This document shows positions 35,652-36,509 of a stretch of DNA of 36,509 nt, piece after piece (the stretch's first letter is position 1; each line of letters opens with the position of its first letter). The position numbers and the translations under genes were made by a program. The notes under the pieces were generated by a model. It worked only from the letters and a program-made list of their open reading frames with translations, was not told the DNA's origin and did not search any database. Source of the DNA: a virus (Duplodnaviria > Caudoviricetes); IMG/VR virus record IMGVR_UViG_3300049781_000118, positions 1-36,509 of that record; one strand, written 5' to 3'.

Positions 35652-35777
35652 TAGCGAGTGGATTGCCTAGTGACGAAGTGCTGAAGTGAAGTGCGTTCGG
35701 GTTTCCCCTTACATATATAGGTAGATCTCAGATGACTGTCATTTCGTCACTTCATCACTAAGTGCAGGTCAGAGGGT
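35652..35777. repeat. 126-bp exact direct repeat, copy 2
   Basis: Identical to 14093..14218. Confidence 0.95.
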
Positions 35778-35832
35778 TGTTGATCTTGTGCGCTGGGTTT
35801 GTGTTCGTCACCGCCCCTCGCGCTGTACGGGC

Positions 35833-35870
35833 AAAAGTAACGGGCCGTGACCCTTCCGAGTCCGGCCCGT
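35833..35870 (-). terminator. intrinsic terminator
   Basis: ACGGGCCG.GAC/GTCCGGCCCGT hairpin followed by TACTTTTG on the minus strand. Confidence 0.7.
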
Positions 35871-35892
35871 AACATATGATGTGTGACGCGGA

Positions 35893-36183
35893 TCACTGGG
35901 ACCGTATCCACTTCAGCGCAAGTGCCGCCTGCCTCAGTGCCTCAGGTGTGTTCCCGAGTTGATCAATGGCCAGCATGCAATCAGTACAGACGCCCTCGCC
36001 TCTGATCCCCACACCGCACGTCGCGCACTTGTCCTCTTGGATCCCGGCACGTCGACGCCGTTGTCTGTCAGCCTGGCATTCGTTGCACTGACTTCCGCGC
36101 CCGCTAGGCATGCTCGGGTTGACAGGGAAGGCACCTACGGACTTGGTAGCTCCGCAGCGTGTACATGTGGCGCTGATACTCAC
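35893..36183 (-). CDS. double Zn-finger protein, endonuclease VII-like remnant
   Basis: CTRC, CNEC, CATC, CTDC; ends LGNTPEALRQAALALKWI. Confidence 0.75.
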   Translation of the reverse strand: MSISATCTRCGATKSVGAFPVNPSMPSGRGSQCNECQADRQRRRRAGIQEDKCATCGVGIRGEGVCTDCMLAIDQLGNTPEALRQAALALKWIRSQ

Positions 36184-36509
36184 GCGCCCTCCAGATACTT
36201 GACCACCTTCACAGCCCGCTTTAGTCCCTCAAGGTCGCCCAGGACGAACACAGCGGCGCGACAGCGCGAGCAGAGCCCCTCGCCCTCGATCGCTGAGCCA
36301 CACACGGCGCACTTGTCTTTGCGGATGCCGGCTCGGTAGGCAGCCATCTGCCGGGCCTTGACCTCTGCCGGCACCTCTGCCTCACGCTTCCGCTGTTTGG
36401 CCGCCCGACACTCCTTGCACTCTGATCGTGGCTGTCCGTCGCTCCGCTTGCTGAACTCGGATGCCGCCTTGAACTCGCCACATCCGGTGCATGTGCGCTT
36501 TGCGATCAC
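36180..36509 (-). CDS. double Zn-finger protein, endonuclease VII-like remnant
   Basis: CTGC, CKEC, CAVC, CSRC; ends LGDLEGLKRAVKVVKYL; start at the window edge. Confidence 0.75.
   Translation of the reverse strand: MIAKRTCTGCGEFKAASEFSKRSDGQPRSECKECRAAKQRKREAEVPAEVKARQMAAYRAGIRKDKCAVCGSAIEGEGLCSRCRAAVFVLGDLEGLKRAVKVVKYLEGA

Larger units (their letters stand above)
1537..35667 (-). promoter_or_regulatory. dispersed phage-specific promoter motif GGCAATCC(A/G)CTCGCTA, 8 copies
   Basis: Plus-strand TAGCGAG(T/C)GGATTGCC starts at 1537, 3454, 9046, 12433, 14093, 16821, 18155 and 35652; all share one orientation and precede a gene or tRNA block. Confidence 0.85.

Noticed and set aside
257-36339. 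Many long plus-strand ORFs (e.g. 257..1162, 6996..7994, 14850..16355, 28054..29118)
   Set aside because: They are antisense shadows of well-supported minus-strand genes, expected in high-GC DNA, and show no recognisable motifs.

Overview
This window is most of a GC-rich temperate Streptomyces-type siphovirus (phage or prophage) with phiC31-like gene order. Every credible gene is on the minus strand. Read in the direction of transcription (right to left) it holds: two Zn-finger genes, a structured non-coding region with three tRNAs (Asp-GTC, Leu-TAG, Pro-TGG), a packaging HNH, a probable cos region, terminase/portal/head/tail genes (with a -1 frameshifted tail chaperone), a lysis cassette, dNMP kinase and a probable repressor. 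The early region follows: exonuclease, gp3-like recombination directionality factor, HNH, primase-helicase, C5-methyltransferase-like protein, family A DNA polymerase, sigma-like factor, a split HNH and ThyX. No integrase lies in the window. A regulatory layer is readable directly from the DNA: 8 copies of a 16-bp oriented promoter-like motif, about 11 copies of a 13-bp palindromic operator-like motif (several inside hairpins), and an exact 126-bp duplication 21.6 kb apart that has origin-like architecture. All calls come from motif reading and recalled family knowledge; no searches were run.
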